From Octopus bimaculoides (taxonomy: Eukaryota): 64,000 nt of DNA. The stretch spans positions 53,212,124-53,276,123 of the forward strand of contig NC_068988.1 in the NCBI RefSeq assembly GCF_001194135.2, written 5' to 3'. Positions 14,135 to 26,900 of this stretch are shown here, piece by piece (position 1 is the stretch's first letter; the number at the start of each line of letters is the position of its first letter). Position numbers and translations under genes: made by a program. A model generated the notes under the pieces. The model did no database searches. It had not been told where the DNA came from and saw only the letters and a program-made list of their open reading frames with translations.

Positions 14135-17100
14135 CTGAGAAAATGTAAGATGCATTTGTGACATTTTGGGGATTGTCACATGTATGTGTAGTGAGTCAGT
14201 GTTACATGAATGACAGTTAACCTGACTGTAGGATATATGTGGCATACATCATCAACATCATCATCATCACCAGCATCCCCTATCCCCACTACCACCATCA
14301 TCATCACCATCACCACATGGTCTTTATGTTCCACTTTAAAAATACGTTAGAGGAGAGTATTGGCAATTATTGCACTACATGTGAAGCTGAAAATAATGAT
14401 AAATATATTAATTAATTGCTTTATTGATTACTCTTCAGAGAAAAGAACCTACAATGGTTTACCATCGTTCATGACAGAAGTTGCTAAGGAGGAACTGAAT
14501 CGTCTCAGTGAAGACATAACAGAATGTAATGTTGTATATTTACCACAGGTTGGTTGTGTGGTTGCTTCTCACTTTGTTGCTGCTTGCTACTTTTTAGCTT
14601 TGTTTTGCATTAATGAAAAGCCGTTTATGAATGATAGCATCGTTTGCTATAAGATCCCAGTGAACCAGTTATTGGTTCACTACATTCCTTGTAACAAGAT
14701 CGACAAATGACATTTGTGGAGGTTGGGTCAAATAAATATAACAATGTGTTTTTTTGTTTGAATGCACCTGTTTATTAGTTTTCTTACTAGTGTGTACGTT
14801 GTCTTTTTGCTGAAACATACATATATTCATCAGCAAAACACACACACACACACACACACATACATATATGTACACACGTACACACACAAGTGAGAAACTT
14901 ACAGCTTTTATATCCAGGCTGTAGATTTAACATTTGTGCTGATTATCATAGGAACAGAGGGCTATGTAACAACAGATTTACATAGAGGCCCAGAAATACT
15001 GGCATTCTACTAGAAAAAACAATACAAAGTACGTTGCACCCTCAAATGTAGTCAATTAGCGGTATCGTGAAACTTAGTAAAACATTCCATGGATTATCCA
15101 TTTGCCATTCCTGGGTTGAACACATCCACAAGATTGCATGTACATATGCTCATGCACATACCTAGACAGTAATGAAGCATACACACACACATGTATATTA
15201 AGGTAACCTGCACACTAACTACACAAGTACAAGTTTTTCCACACACAAGCACATACACACTAATTTACATATCATGAAACCTGAGAGCTGTTTTGATTGA
15301 ACCCTTTAGCATTTCAACTGGCCCTAGCTGGCCCCAATATTCGACCTGTTTTGTGTTCAAACTGGCCAGATCCAACCTCTCACACCTACCCTACAATGTC
15401 AGTCTGAAAATAAACAATCACAACATTGAAATCCTGAAGGTATGAAATAATGCATTATTAATAATAAAAAAACAATGTGAATAAATAAGTATTACATTTG
15501 GTAGAGTAATGTGAATGTAGAAAGGTTAAATAAATGACCCCTGACACTTTTTTAGCAATTAGTTTGAATTTTTGATAGGGAAAACTTAAATAATTTCCAA
15601 TAAGCTTTATTATGAGAAATGAACTGTAACAATAATGCCAACCAATAATTTGGATTTTTTGTGGCCAAAATATCATATATGTATACTTATTTATCAATAA
15701 TTTAAGAAAATTGCCGAATTTACTTCAATTATCTTAATTTTATTGTACAGCTTGGTTATTTATTAGCAATCCCTTGCTCAGATAATTTGACATCAGAGGC
15801 ACAGTTCCATATTCCAGGACTTGAATTTGTTGTAAGTATTGATAATAATAACCCTTTCTGTTATGAGCACCAGGCCTGAAATTTGGGATTAAGTTAATTA
15901 CATCGACCCCAGTATTCAACTGGTACTTAATTTATCAACCCTGAAAGAATCAAAAGCAAAGTCTACCTTGGTGGAATTTGAACTCAGAGCGTAGTGACAG
16001 GTGAAATACCACTAGGCATTTCACCTGGTGTGCTAACCATTCTGCTGGCTCACCGCCTTAGTATTACTAATAATAATAATAATAATAATAATCCTTTCTA
16101 CTACAGGCACAAGGCCTGAAATTTTGGGGAAGGTAGCTAGTCGATTACATCGACCCCAGTGTTTCACTGGTACTTAATTTATCAACCCCAAAAGGATGAA
16201 AAGCAAAGTCGACCTTGGCAGAATTTAAACTCAAAACATGAAGACAGACAGACAAAATACTGCTAAGCAGCTTTTCCAGCTTGCTAACGATTCTGCCAAT
16301 TCACCACCTTGAATAATCATAAAAATAATGACAGTGGTGGTGGTGTTAGTGGCGGCGACGACGATGACAACAGTGGCAGCAGGCAACAGTAAGCAGCAGT
16401 GCATGTGTGTGTGTGTGCCGCTGGACTGACTCCTGTGCAGGTGGGACGTAAAAAATACCATTTCGAGCGTGACCGTTGCCAGTACCACCGGACTGGCCCT
16501 CGTGCCAGTGGCACGTAAAAGCACCCATTACACTCTTGGAGTGGTTGACGTTAGGAAGAGCATCCAGCTGTAGAAACTCTGCCAGATCAGATTGGAGCCT
16601 GGTGCAGCCATCTGGTTCACCAGTCCTCAGTCAAATCGTCCAACCCATGCTAGCATGGAAAGCGGACGTTAAACGATGATGATATATGCATGTGTGTGTA
16701 CATGTTTTTTTGTTTGTGTGAGCATGTGATGATAGTAGATGAGCATAACCATCATACAATCCATGTCGTTCATTTCCAGTCTTCCATAGGGGACATATTA
16801 CTTTGTCTGGAAACAGGTGAGGGTTGGCGACAGGTAGGGTACCAAGCCATGAAAAAAAATCTGCCTCAAATACACTCACACACAGCTCATATTCTGAGAA
16901 TATTTTTCAAAAACATTGTTTAATATCATTATACTCTTACTTTACTTTCCCACCTTTGTCTTTTCTTCACTGTCTAAATCTATCTTGTGACCATCAACTC
17001 CCCACTACTATTCTCTTTTGCCTGGTCATCTAACCAGTATCTTCCACAATCTTTCCAGTATTCTATACAACCTTCAACAGACCTCTCTTTATTTCTTTGA

Positions 17101-17898
17101 TAAAGAACAATATCTTAAATAACCCTAGCCCTAATCCTCACTCACAACAATATACACTCTTTAATATCAGCACAAACTATTCTCTACTGTTTTATGACAT
17201 TTATAGAGTTTATTTGGAATATCTTTTTTGTAAATCTTTTATTTCTGTTTATTACAGTTTTTATCCAATAACATGATACACTACAAAAGTGCCAGCACTA
17301 GAAGTGAGTTGCAGTAAACTTTTGTTCTTTATTGTTGTTTTTGTTTTTATGGTTACAGCTAAGATGAGCAAGGGTGATTCTGTCAGAATGCAACAGTTAC
17401 TAGTCTACAATTACCATGGACTCATGCAACCCAACACAGTTGGGTTGTGCGTAGTTATCATCACCTTGTAATATCTGTTTTCCATACTGGTGTTGGTTTG
17501 ACAGTTTAATGGGAGCTGTTGAGCAGCGATAGGACTGCACCAAGCTCCACTGCCTGCTTTGGTATGGTTTTTACAGCTGGATGCCCTTCCTAACAGTAGA
17601 CTTTATCCATTGCCCTGTTTAACATTTAATTATTAGATGGCTTTTGCAGTGCACACTCTGTTGTAAGCATTTGGACCAGGCCTTGTAGTTGCTTTCTCCT
17701 TTCTCCCTACTCCAGATCTCCTTCTTCCTCTGATTTGGCCATTTATTCTGCTAATTCTTTGATAATCTTGTATTTTCAGATTTAGACAAGATTTTAGGTG
17801 ACACACAATGTGAGATCACTGGTAAGGAATGATTTGATATTAATAGCAAATTTTGTATACTACCAAATACCTTTTGTTTCTCTCTTTCTCTCTCCTTC

Positions 17899-17943
<45 letters not shown>

Positions 17944-20900
17944 CTTAAATACATATGTTTATGTAAAATATAAGCACACACTCACACAAACATGTAACCT
18001 TATAATCCAGGGCAGTGCATATTTTGGGTGGACTGCAAGCTTTATATAGCTGTTTAACATTTATAACTGCAATTATTCAACAAATATATCATCCATCATA
18101 ATTTTTTTTACCTCCTTTTTGTTCCATAAGTTGAACAAAGCAGGATTTTATAACCAAAATTTCTTTCTTGTCACCAATCCTTACCTGTTTTCGAATAAGG
18201 TTCTTAATTCCATGTATTCACATATCAAGCTACTAAGACATTGTTTATGCAAACATCTCCACTGCTCAAGCAATGTCAGTGTGAATACATAGGGAGACAA
18301 ACACACACATGCATGCACATGTACACATCAGGTTTCTGTACAGTTTCCATTTTTCAAATTTCGGTCTTTGATCAGCCCAAGGCTATAGCAGTAACCATTT
18401 ACTCATGGTGCCACACAAGCCTCAAAAATCACATGATTGCAGCAACTACAAACATTAAGAAGATATAAGCAGAAAGCAATAATAAAATGCCATTGAGGTT
18501 TAAAATCACATTTGATAAGTGCCCTGTTACATTGGCCACTTTTACCAGAACACTCCACTTTGTATGAAACACAAGACTTTCTAGCTATAGTTTCAGAGGT
18601 GTGCTCGTCAGGCAGGTGATTTGATCTGAGACTGTGTGCTGAAATTAAAATTTAAGGTTTGTTTTAAAAGTAATTTGATGATAAGGTGATAGTGGTGTTG
18701 TTGTTGTTGTTGTTGTTACTGTTGCTGTTGTTGTTGTTGTTGTTCAATCTCAGTCCTTTTTTTATGTCTGGTACTTTTCACTTGCTCTCTTTTGCTGAAC
18801 TGCAAAAGTTACACCAACACTGGTTGTCAAATGGTGGTGGTGGTTGGGGGGGGGGGACATAAGGACGCCCCCCCACACANNNNNNNNNNGGGGGGACATA
18901 AGGACGCCCCCCCACACACACACAAACATGTATGACAGGCTTATTTCAGCTTCCATCGTATGGCTTTGGTTGGTCTGAGTCTTTAGTAGAAGACTCTTGC
19001 CTAAGGTGCCATGCTGTGAGACTGAACCTAAAACTATGTGACTGGAAAGCAAACTTCTTACCACACAGCCACAACTGTTAACTTCATTTAAACATTATTT
19101 GGTGTCAAAATTTTTGTTGCATCAACTACAATTGGGTCACTGAAATGATTCCACTACATGAGATGCTGTGTGTCTTCATGTGTTATTGAATAGCTAACAC
19201 GTATCTTCCTCACTGCAGTCATTATATCGATAGCGACAGGCAAGCATGTAATGTTTATTCATGTTTAACATTTCATTAAAATATCTTCCTCTTGTTCCTT
19301 TATCATTATTACAGACCATGAAACAGCAATAATGCATCAACTACAGGACACTATATTGGAACATTGTCAAGTATTGTTTAATGTCATGGATTCTGCAGCA
19401 GAACTGGATTGGTGAGTTCTATTGACCCTAACCCAGGTGCAACAAACACCTACAATTTTGCCAGCATCGTAAATAACATTGTATCATTATAAGGAGCATA
19501 GTAAAAGTTAAAGTAAAGCTTCTTGTAAAGATCATAGTAAATGTCATAGTGTCATAGTAAGTGTTACAGTGTTATAGTAAGGGTCATATAAGTATTATAA
19601 TTAGAGTTAGTGGCTGTGTGGTAAGTAGCTTGCTTACCAACCACATGGTTCTGGGTTCAGTCCCACTGCTTGGCACCTTGGGCAAGTGTTTTCTACTATA
19701 GCCTCGGGCCGACCAAAGCCTTGTGAGTGGATTTGGTAGATGGAAACTGAAAGAAGCCTGTCATATATATGAATATATATATGTATGTATGTGTGTTTGT
19801 GTATCTGTGTTAGTCCCCCCACCATCGCTTGACAAGCGATGCTAGTGTGTTTACGTCCCTGTAACTTAGCAGTTCGGCAAAAAGATACCGATAGAATAAG
19901 TACTAGGCTTAGAAAGAATAAGTCCTGGGGTCGATTTTCTCGACTAAATGCGGTGCACCAGCATGGCCGCAGTCAAATGACTGAAACAAGTAAAAGAGTA
20001 AGTGTCACAGTCGGCATTGAAGTAAGTGTTATAATGCCATAGTAACTGATCTGTTACAGCGAGTGTCATTATGTCTGTTCTAGAATTGAATCTGTAGCCT
20101 AGTTATATATCCTGTGACCTGTAACACTGACATTGTTAAAAGCATTTATCAATTCTCTTCTTAGATAGTGTTAGAAATATTAAATATAATCTCTCTCATC
20201 TCCCCTATGGTAGGGAAGTGAATGATCAAACAGGGAACGTATTTTAGTTATGACCTAAATGATAACTTGACAAAGTCCCACCAATTAATTCAGTGTTTTG
20301 AGGTCACAACATAAATTAATTGGGTTAAGTCTTAAAGCTACAATGTACTGAAAACGTGTTTGGTTAATTAGATAAAAAATACATATATAGATATGCGACA
20401 ATTAAAATGAATGCTGTGAAACTAACTTGAGTGGTAGACTTACTCCATTGCTTAGTTTACATCTGGCCTGTTTTTGAGTACCTTTAACAGAATTCATTCA
20501 GTTGTGAGCATGCAGGTGTATATATCTTCTCTGAGGACTCAATATCTAGATGTATTGTTTTCTACTGCAGTAACACATGTCACTTCTTCATCTTCTGTTT
20601 CTCCACCTGAGAAAGTCTCAGTTTCTGAGTCCTTGAGAAAATATCTGGTTAAGAAATAATAAAAAAGTATTTGATATTCTTCACTGAGACAATATAAAAA
20701 TATTTATTATATAAATCGTTTTTAGTGGTGGAACTCAAAATAGATAAACTTTGAATAACAGCATGTAAATTTCGGATTAAAACCCCTTGGATGGAAAAAG
20801 CTTAAAACCAACTAATCAGCTTGCAAGGAATGAAGCAAATATGCTTCGCTGAATGTGTAATGTCAGTGTGCATACTAAACAGAGTGTAAGTACCTTGAGG

Positions 20901-23900
20901 GAAAAGTTGGACCTAAGAAGCATCAGATGTGGTGTGCAAGAGAGACAACTGCACTGGTATGGTCATGTGGCGAGAATGGATGAGGATATCTGTGTGAAAG
21001 AGTGGCACACCCTAGCGGTTGAGGGAACTTATGGAAGAGGTAGACCCAGGAAGACCTGGGATGAGGTGGTGAAGCACAACCTTCGAACATTAGGCCTCAC
21101 CGAGGCAATGACTAGTGACCGAGACCTTTGGAAATATGTTGTGCTTGAGAAGACCCGGCAGGCCAAGTGAGACCATAATCCAAGGCCTATGCCAGGGGTG
21201 TAGCCAGCCCACTTATGCGTACCTTTCCTTCATTGGACACTAAACTCTGCTTGCAAAGACCTTTTGAGGCAAGTGAAATCGAAATCAAATTCAATGANNN
21301 NNNNNNNTTATGCGTACCTTTCCTTCATTGGACACTAAACTCTGCTTGCAAAGACCTTTTGAGGCAAGTGAAATCGAAATCAAATTCAATGACTGGCATC
21401 CATGCTAGTGGAGCGCTAAGAGCACCATTCAAGTGTGATCGTTGCCAGAGCAGCTGACTGGCTTCCGTGCCTGTGGCACATAAAAAGCACCATTCGAGCA
21501 TGATTGTTACTAGCGTCGCCTTATTGGCACACAAAAAAATATTCAAGCAAGGTCGTTGCCAATGCCGCTGGACTGGCTCCTGTGCAGGTGGCATGTAAAA
21601 AACACCATTTGAGCATGGCCATTGCCAGTACCGCCTGACTGGCCCTCGTGCCAGTGACACGTAAAAGCACCCACTACACTCTCGGAGTGGTTGGCGTTAG
21701 GAAGGGCATCCAGCTGTAGAAACTCTGCCAGATCAGATTGGAGCCTGGTGCAGTCATCTGGTTTGCCAGTCCTCAGTCAAATCGTCCAGCCCATGCCAGC
21801 ATGGAAAGCGGACGTTAAATGGTGATAATGAGTGATCAGTGCTTATTGACCTGACATTTTGTCCCATACATATATATATATGTACATATATACATACATA
21901 CACTGATGAAAGATATACATAATATCTGATAAATTGGTACATCACACCAAAATTACCTCATATAATTAGGTTTCAGCCATAATTGGCCTTGGTGATGACT
22001 AACTTAAGAGTACCATAAGACAATTAATTGTTTCCTGTTACAGTCATACTTTGGGCTCTGTGACCCATTTCAGCAAAGAGATATTGTTTGTAGAGATACA
22101 TCTGGATGTCGGTGGTTTACCTGGAATTTGTTGGAGGAATTCATCCAGGAACCGTTTCAGTACTATGAGATCTTTTCCTTCCCTTATGTGTCTTGGCATA
22201 ATGTTAAAGAGAGCAAGACCAGTTGAGGTAAAATAGTTCTGTCTTAGTAATGTTATGTGATGCAAGCATGACTTTTGTAGTGGGCAGATTGCATAAGGAC
22301 CAAGTCTTGAGTGAATTTTAAAGGTGATGCCAATATCATTTGGACAATGTTGATGGAATATTTTGCACAGCATTGGAGACCTTCTCAAGCCGATCCCAGT
22401 AATCAAGAACTTGTATTTGTTCTGTCTGTCCAAAATGCAAAAACAATCTCTTGTAACTTATTTCATTGGAAATGCAATAAATCAGTGATTGATCTATGAA
22501 AACCCTATAACCAATAGTGCTATTGTTCACAAATGGATGAAAAAAAATGTTTTAAAAATGTAAGTGAAGTGAAATAATTGCAACTGGTATATGAAATTTA
22601 ATTACAAAAGTTCTATCGATGTGACCTACTTTAATATGTGTTAATTTTTGTATAATTGAGCAGTCTTATAGCACTTAGTCTTTGTGCTCAAGAATTTGGC
22701 TATGTCCAACCAGCATTCACCTCTGAAAACGTAATTGATATCAAAACTGGCAGGTAGGTATTCAAAACTTTAAAAGCTTTCTTTCAATCTTCTCTCTCTC
22801 TCATATAATATATATAGTTCTATATTTAAGAGATGAGGAATTATTTACATTTGACAGGTATTTGTCCTCATCTTGTTTGTTGTTAACGTTTCGGCTGATA
22901 TACTCTCCAGCCTCCATCAGGTATCTTGGGGAAATTTCGAACCTGGGTTCTTATTCCTAAGGTAATTTTCGATGTAATAATAATAATAATAATGATGATA
23001 ACATCAAAAAATACCTTAGGAATGAGAACCCAGGTTCGAATTTCTCCAAGACACCCGATGAAGGGTGGAGAGTATATCAGCCGAAACGTGTTAACAACAA
23101 ATAAGATGAGGACAAATATCCATCAAATGTAAATAATAAGATTAATAAAAATATATAAATACTATGCAAGCTATTTTTTGGTTTATTGAAATTTTCTCGT
23201 GGAAATTGTGATCAAACACTTATTGACAAGGGGAGATAATCTCAAAACTCAAAAATATCCTCAAAATTGACACACCATTAAAAAAAAAACACTTTGGTTG
23301 TCTAGAGACAAAAAGGACAGCTGTTGACATGTTTCTGCCTCATTATTGTCATCAACACAGCATTTGTCCTATTTTGAATCCTGAAGCCTAGATACTTAAA
23401 CAATGTACAAAACATTTATAGCTTACAGTAATTTGCTTAATTTAAACAAGAGCTGAAAGAAATAACTCAAACAATAAAGATAAATACACACACACTCACA
23501 CACACAAACAAACAAACAATCCAGTTTAACTTGTGAGAAGGGCTTGATAATAAATCCACGTGATCTAAGGAATGATAAGCATCACCTGCATAGCACAACA
23601 CAGTGGTTAATTTATACTGTCAGAAGAATAGACTTCATCAAATGTCTTAAACAAAAGCCCTTTGTCAAGAAACAAAACAGAGGTAAATGGAATTTCTCCA
23701 GTTGGCTTGGAGTTTAGTTAAAAATGGTTAAGAAAACAAAATTTGGAGTCGTTTCTCTGAGAATAATCAACAGAAGTAGGAGAATGAAAGCAAGAACTAA
23801 TACTGGAGGTTGTGCTTGTGGAGTGCGTTAAAGGGGTGGTGTTGGTGGAATGTTGTTTTGTTGTTGCTAGTGGTGGCAGTGATGTGGATTGGAGTGTTTG

Positions 23901-26900
23901 ATGATCTGAAAAGACATGTACATCACTAAGTTATTTGCCACTGTCCATACACCAGGCACCCATTGCAGGAGATTGTATCCAGTCCATATGTTGCCAATGA
24001 TATCACAAGTGGTGGACCGCATCCAAAACTGAAGATATTAACTGGGCCAAATGCATCTGGTAAAAGTGTATACCTGAAACAGGTGAGAGATAGCTTATTA
24101 ATTTCTGCTTGCATGCTGTTGTTTTTTTTTTTCTTTTCTTCTTGTTAAGAGGCGGATGGGAAGTTCCAATGACTTTTGGAGAACCTCCATGACTAGTAAG
24201 ATTTATGTGGCTGATGTCTAACCTGAATATCTGCGAGTCAATGTCAGTAAGAAAACAACAAGTCAGGTGAATCAGGTGCTTGCAATAAAGTGAATTCTGC
24301 TAAAGGCACCCAGAGGCCAGGTGGGGATGTTAAACTGTGCATGGTTTGTGAGGCGTACCCCTGAATTTGGGTCTGTCATTTACTACAAGTGAAAACTGAT
24401 ATTTTTTCCCCCTTTGCATGTGCTTGTTAGAATTTTTAATTTTTGCCTGTTCCAAGCAAGGTACAAACTGTAATATTCAAAAATACTCTCTTTCTCTCTT
24501 ATAAAATATGCCGAAATAAATTACTTCAATATGTATGAAATTTCCAAATTTCCGTGAATTTTCAAAGTAGAATTTGTCAAAATTCAAATTTCTGAACATG
24601 TCCCCATCTCAATTAGCTGGGACATGTTTTAATATATTATTTCAGACCAACATCACATTTTTGCATTTAATGATTTAAACTTTGTTATGCCTTGAAAATA
24701 GAAAATAGAAAATTTTTATGACTCCAGTCCTGTTAAAATTTGCGAATTTTCATGATTTGCAAAAAAAAAAATTATATTTTTCCAGGCATACATTTTAATT
24801 AGGTGAGACAAATTTAATTTGTTATGTAGGTCCATCAGGCACATTTCAGATTTGACAGTTTAAAATTTTACTTTACTTGATAATTCCAAATTCTGAAGAT
24901 TGCAACCCTGTTGAAGTTTGCACAAGTTAATACATTGTCTAGCACCATTGTTCACTGTGTATATCGTCTTTTAATGTCCATTTTTCATATTCCATGGACA
25001 GTTTAACGGAATCCAATCTGTCCAAGGACTGTGTTGTGATCCCGTTTCTGTTTTGGCATGGTTTCTACAGTTGAATGCCCTTCCTAATGTCAACCACTTT
25101 AGAGCATATACTTGGTGCCTTTTTTTGTTTGAACCACCTACACCATTGAGGTTACCATTCTACTTACCAGACAATTAATCCCTTTGAAAATACTAAATGC
25201 AATGCTACATATTTGATAGTATGTCATGTGGTGTTGTGTGTTCTTTGCATTATATCTTCGTTTATCTGAGCTGATGGAAGTCCAGATAATCTTTATTCAA
25301 GTAATCAGAGGTTATCAGTTATTGAAACAATATAAATGTCTCTATGTATCTGAAGAACCTTTAAGAGCTGTAATGTAAGTTTGGTTTTGTAGTATTAAGG
25401 AAATGGGATATAAAATATCACCTGGATAGATTCTCTGTCCTTCACAATTAACATTCCCAGGTGATATAGGATAATCTAGTAACTGATGCTGTCAACTAGA
25501 TGAATTGAGGCAAATATAAATTTATTACAAGTAACAGTCTTAAATGAACTGCGAATGTTGTCATGATTAAACTGATCCATGATAGCTAGGTGAATGGAAA
25601 CAATGTAGAATGAAGTGATCTCTCTCTAACCGAAACAACAAAACTTCTGAACTGCAATTGAATTGAACTCATGGCCTATTAGCTGAGAGTCCAGTATTTT
25701 ATCCCTTAGGACATTTGACACTGGCTGGTAACTTATATATTTGCCTCTGGCAAAAAATGTAATATTAACAGATCAGTTTGTTAGAGATTTTATTCTTTTG
25801 AAATTTAGTTTCATATGCAGAAGTTCACCGTTATTTACGATGTTTGCTTGCTTCTTAAACATGTCATATAAAGAATTTGTCATTGTCATTCTTGGTTATT
25901 ATATTATAGGTAGCCCTCATTCTTTACATGTCCTACATTGGCAGCTTCATTCCTGCTGAAAGTCCCAGCACTGTTTGTACTGTTGACAGGATCTTTACTC
26001 GTATTAAGTCTCAAGAAAGTGTCTCTGTTGGGTTGTCAACTTTCATGCTTGATATTAACCAGGTGAGTTGGTCATTTATTCTTTTAACTTTATAATTCTC
26101 TTATAATATAGAGAACTTGTAGTAAGGTGACTGCAGCAATAGAGATAATAGTGTTGGCAGTGGTGCAAGTAATGTTTTGCAACAAATTTGAAAAGGAATA
26201 AGTGGACTGTACTTGTTATTGTTGAGACCAAGCTTTGACCATCTCATTTTTTTTTTTACTAGATGAAGTACAATGCGAACTTCAATTTCCAATATGTCCT
26301 TTCTCTTTGCTGGATCACAGGCTGTAATTTGTTGCTAATCCTAGCTCACAGGGCAGCTGGATAGAGGCTGCTTTAACTTTGATAGTGGTGAGTGATAATG
26401 GAATAGATAATGTTATAATCTTCAATGATTTAAGTTGAGAGAAGCAGATATAGTTTAGTACCATGAATATTGTGGAACTGTTCCTCCTCACATTGCCAGT
26501 AATTCTGATCTCTTTAGAAAATGCATCCCTCTTTCACTACTCCATTCCCCTCTCTTATAAAACAGCAAATGATTAAACCAGGCAGAAAACCATTATTTCT
26601 AATTGTCATTTAACCCCAGGTCAGCCCTGATTGAGCTGCTCAATGATCAGGATGGTTCTTCATTCAAGGCTGGACAGTATGGGCATTCCCCATCCCATAT
26701 ATGATGATGTATGTAAAAAGGAGGCAGATTAGTAGAATTGTTGGAGCATTGGTTAGGGCTAGAATGCCTTGCAGTATTTACTCAATTCCTGCCATGATTA
26801 ACTTTACTTTCCATCCTTCCAGTGTTGAGAAATAAACTGCTCGTTAGATATTGCTGCCAGTCTATTCTCTCCCCCACCCCACCAATCAGCTATGTTATGC

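Noticed and set aside
18852-18920. GGGGGACATAAGGACGCCCCCC duplicated
   Set aside because: Flanks a 10-N gap; assembly artefact.
21213-21392. 85-bp direct duplication inside the RTE element
   Set aside because: The identical copies flank a 10-N gap; most likely an unmerged contig overlap.
22658-22663. Tandem GAGCAG (NAGNAG) acceptor
   Set aside because: GAG is a poor acceptor and the CAG choice gives the homologous spacing; no evidence of alternative use.
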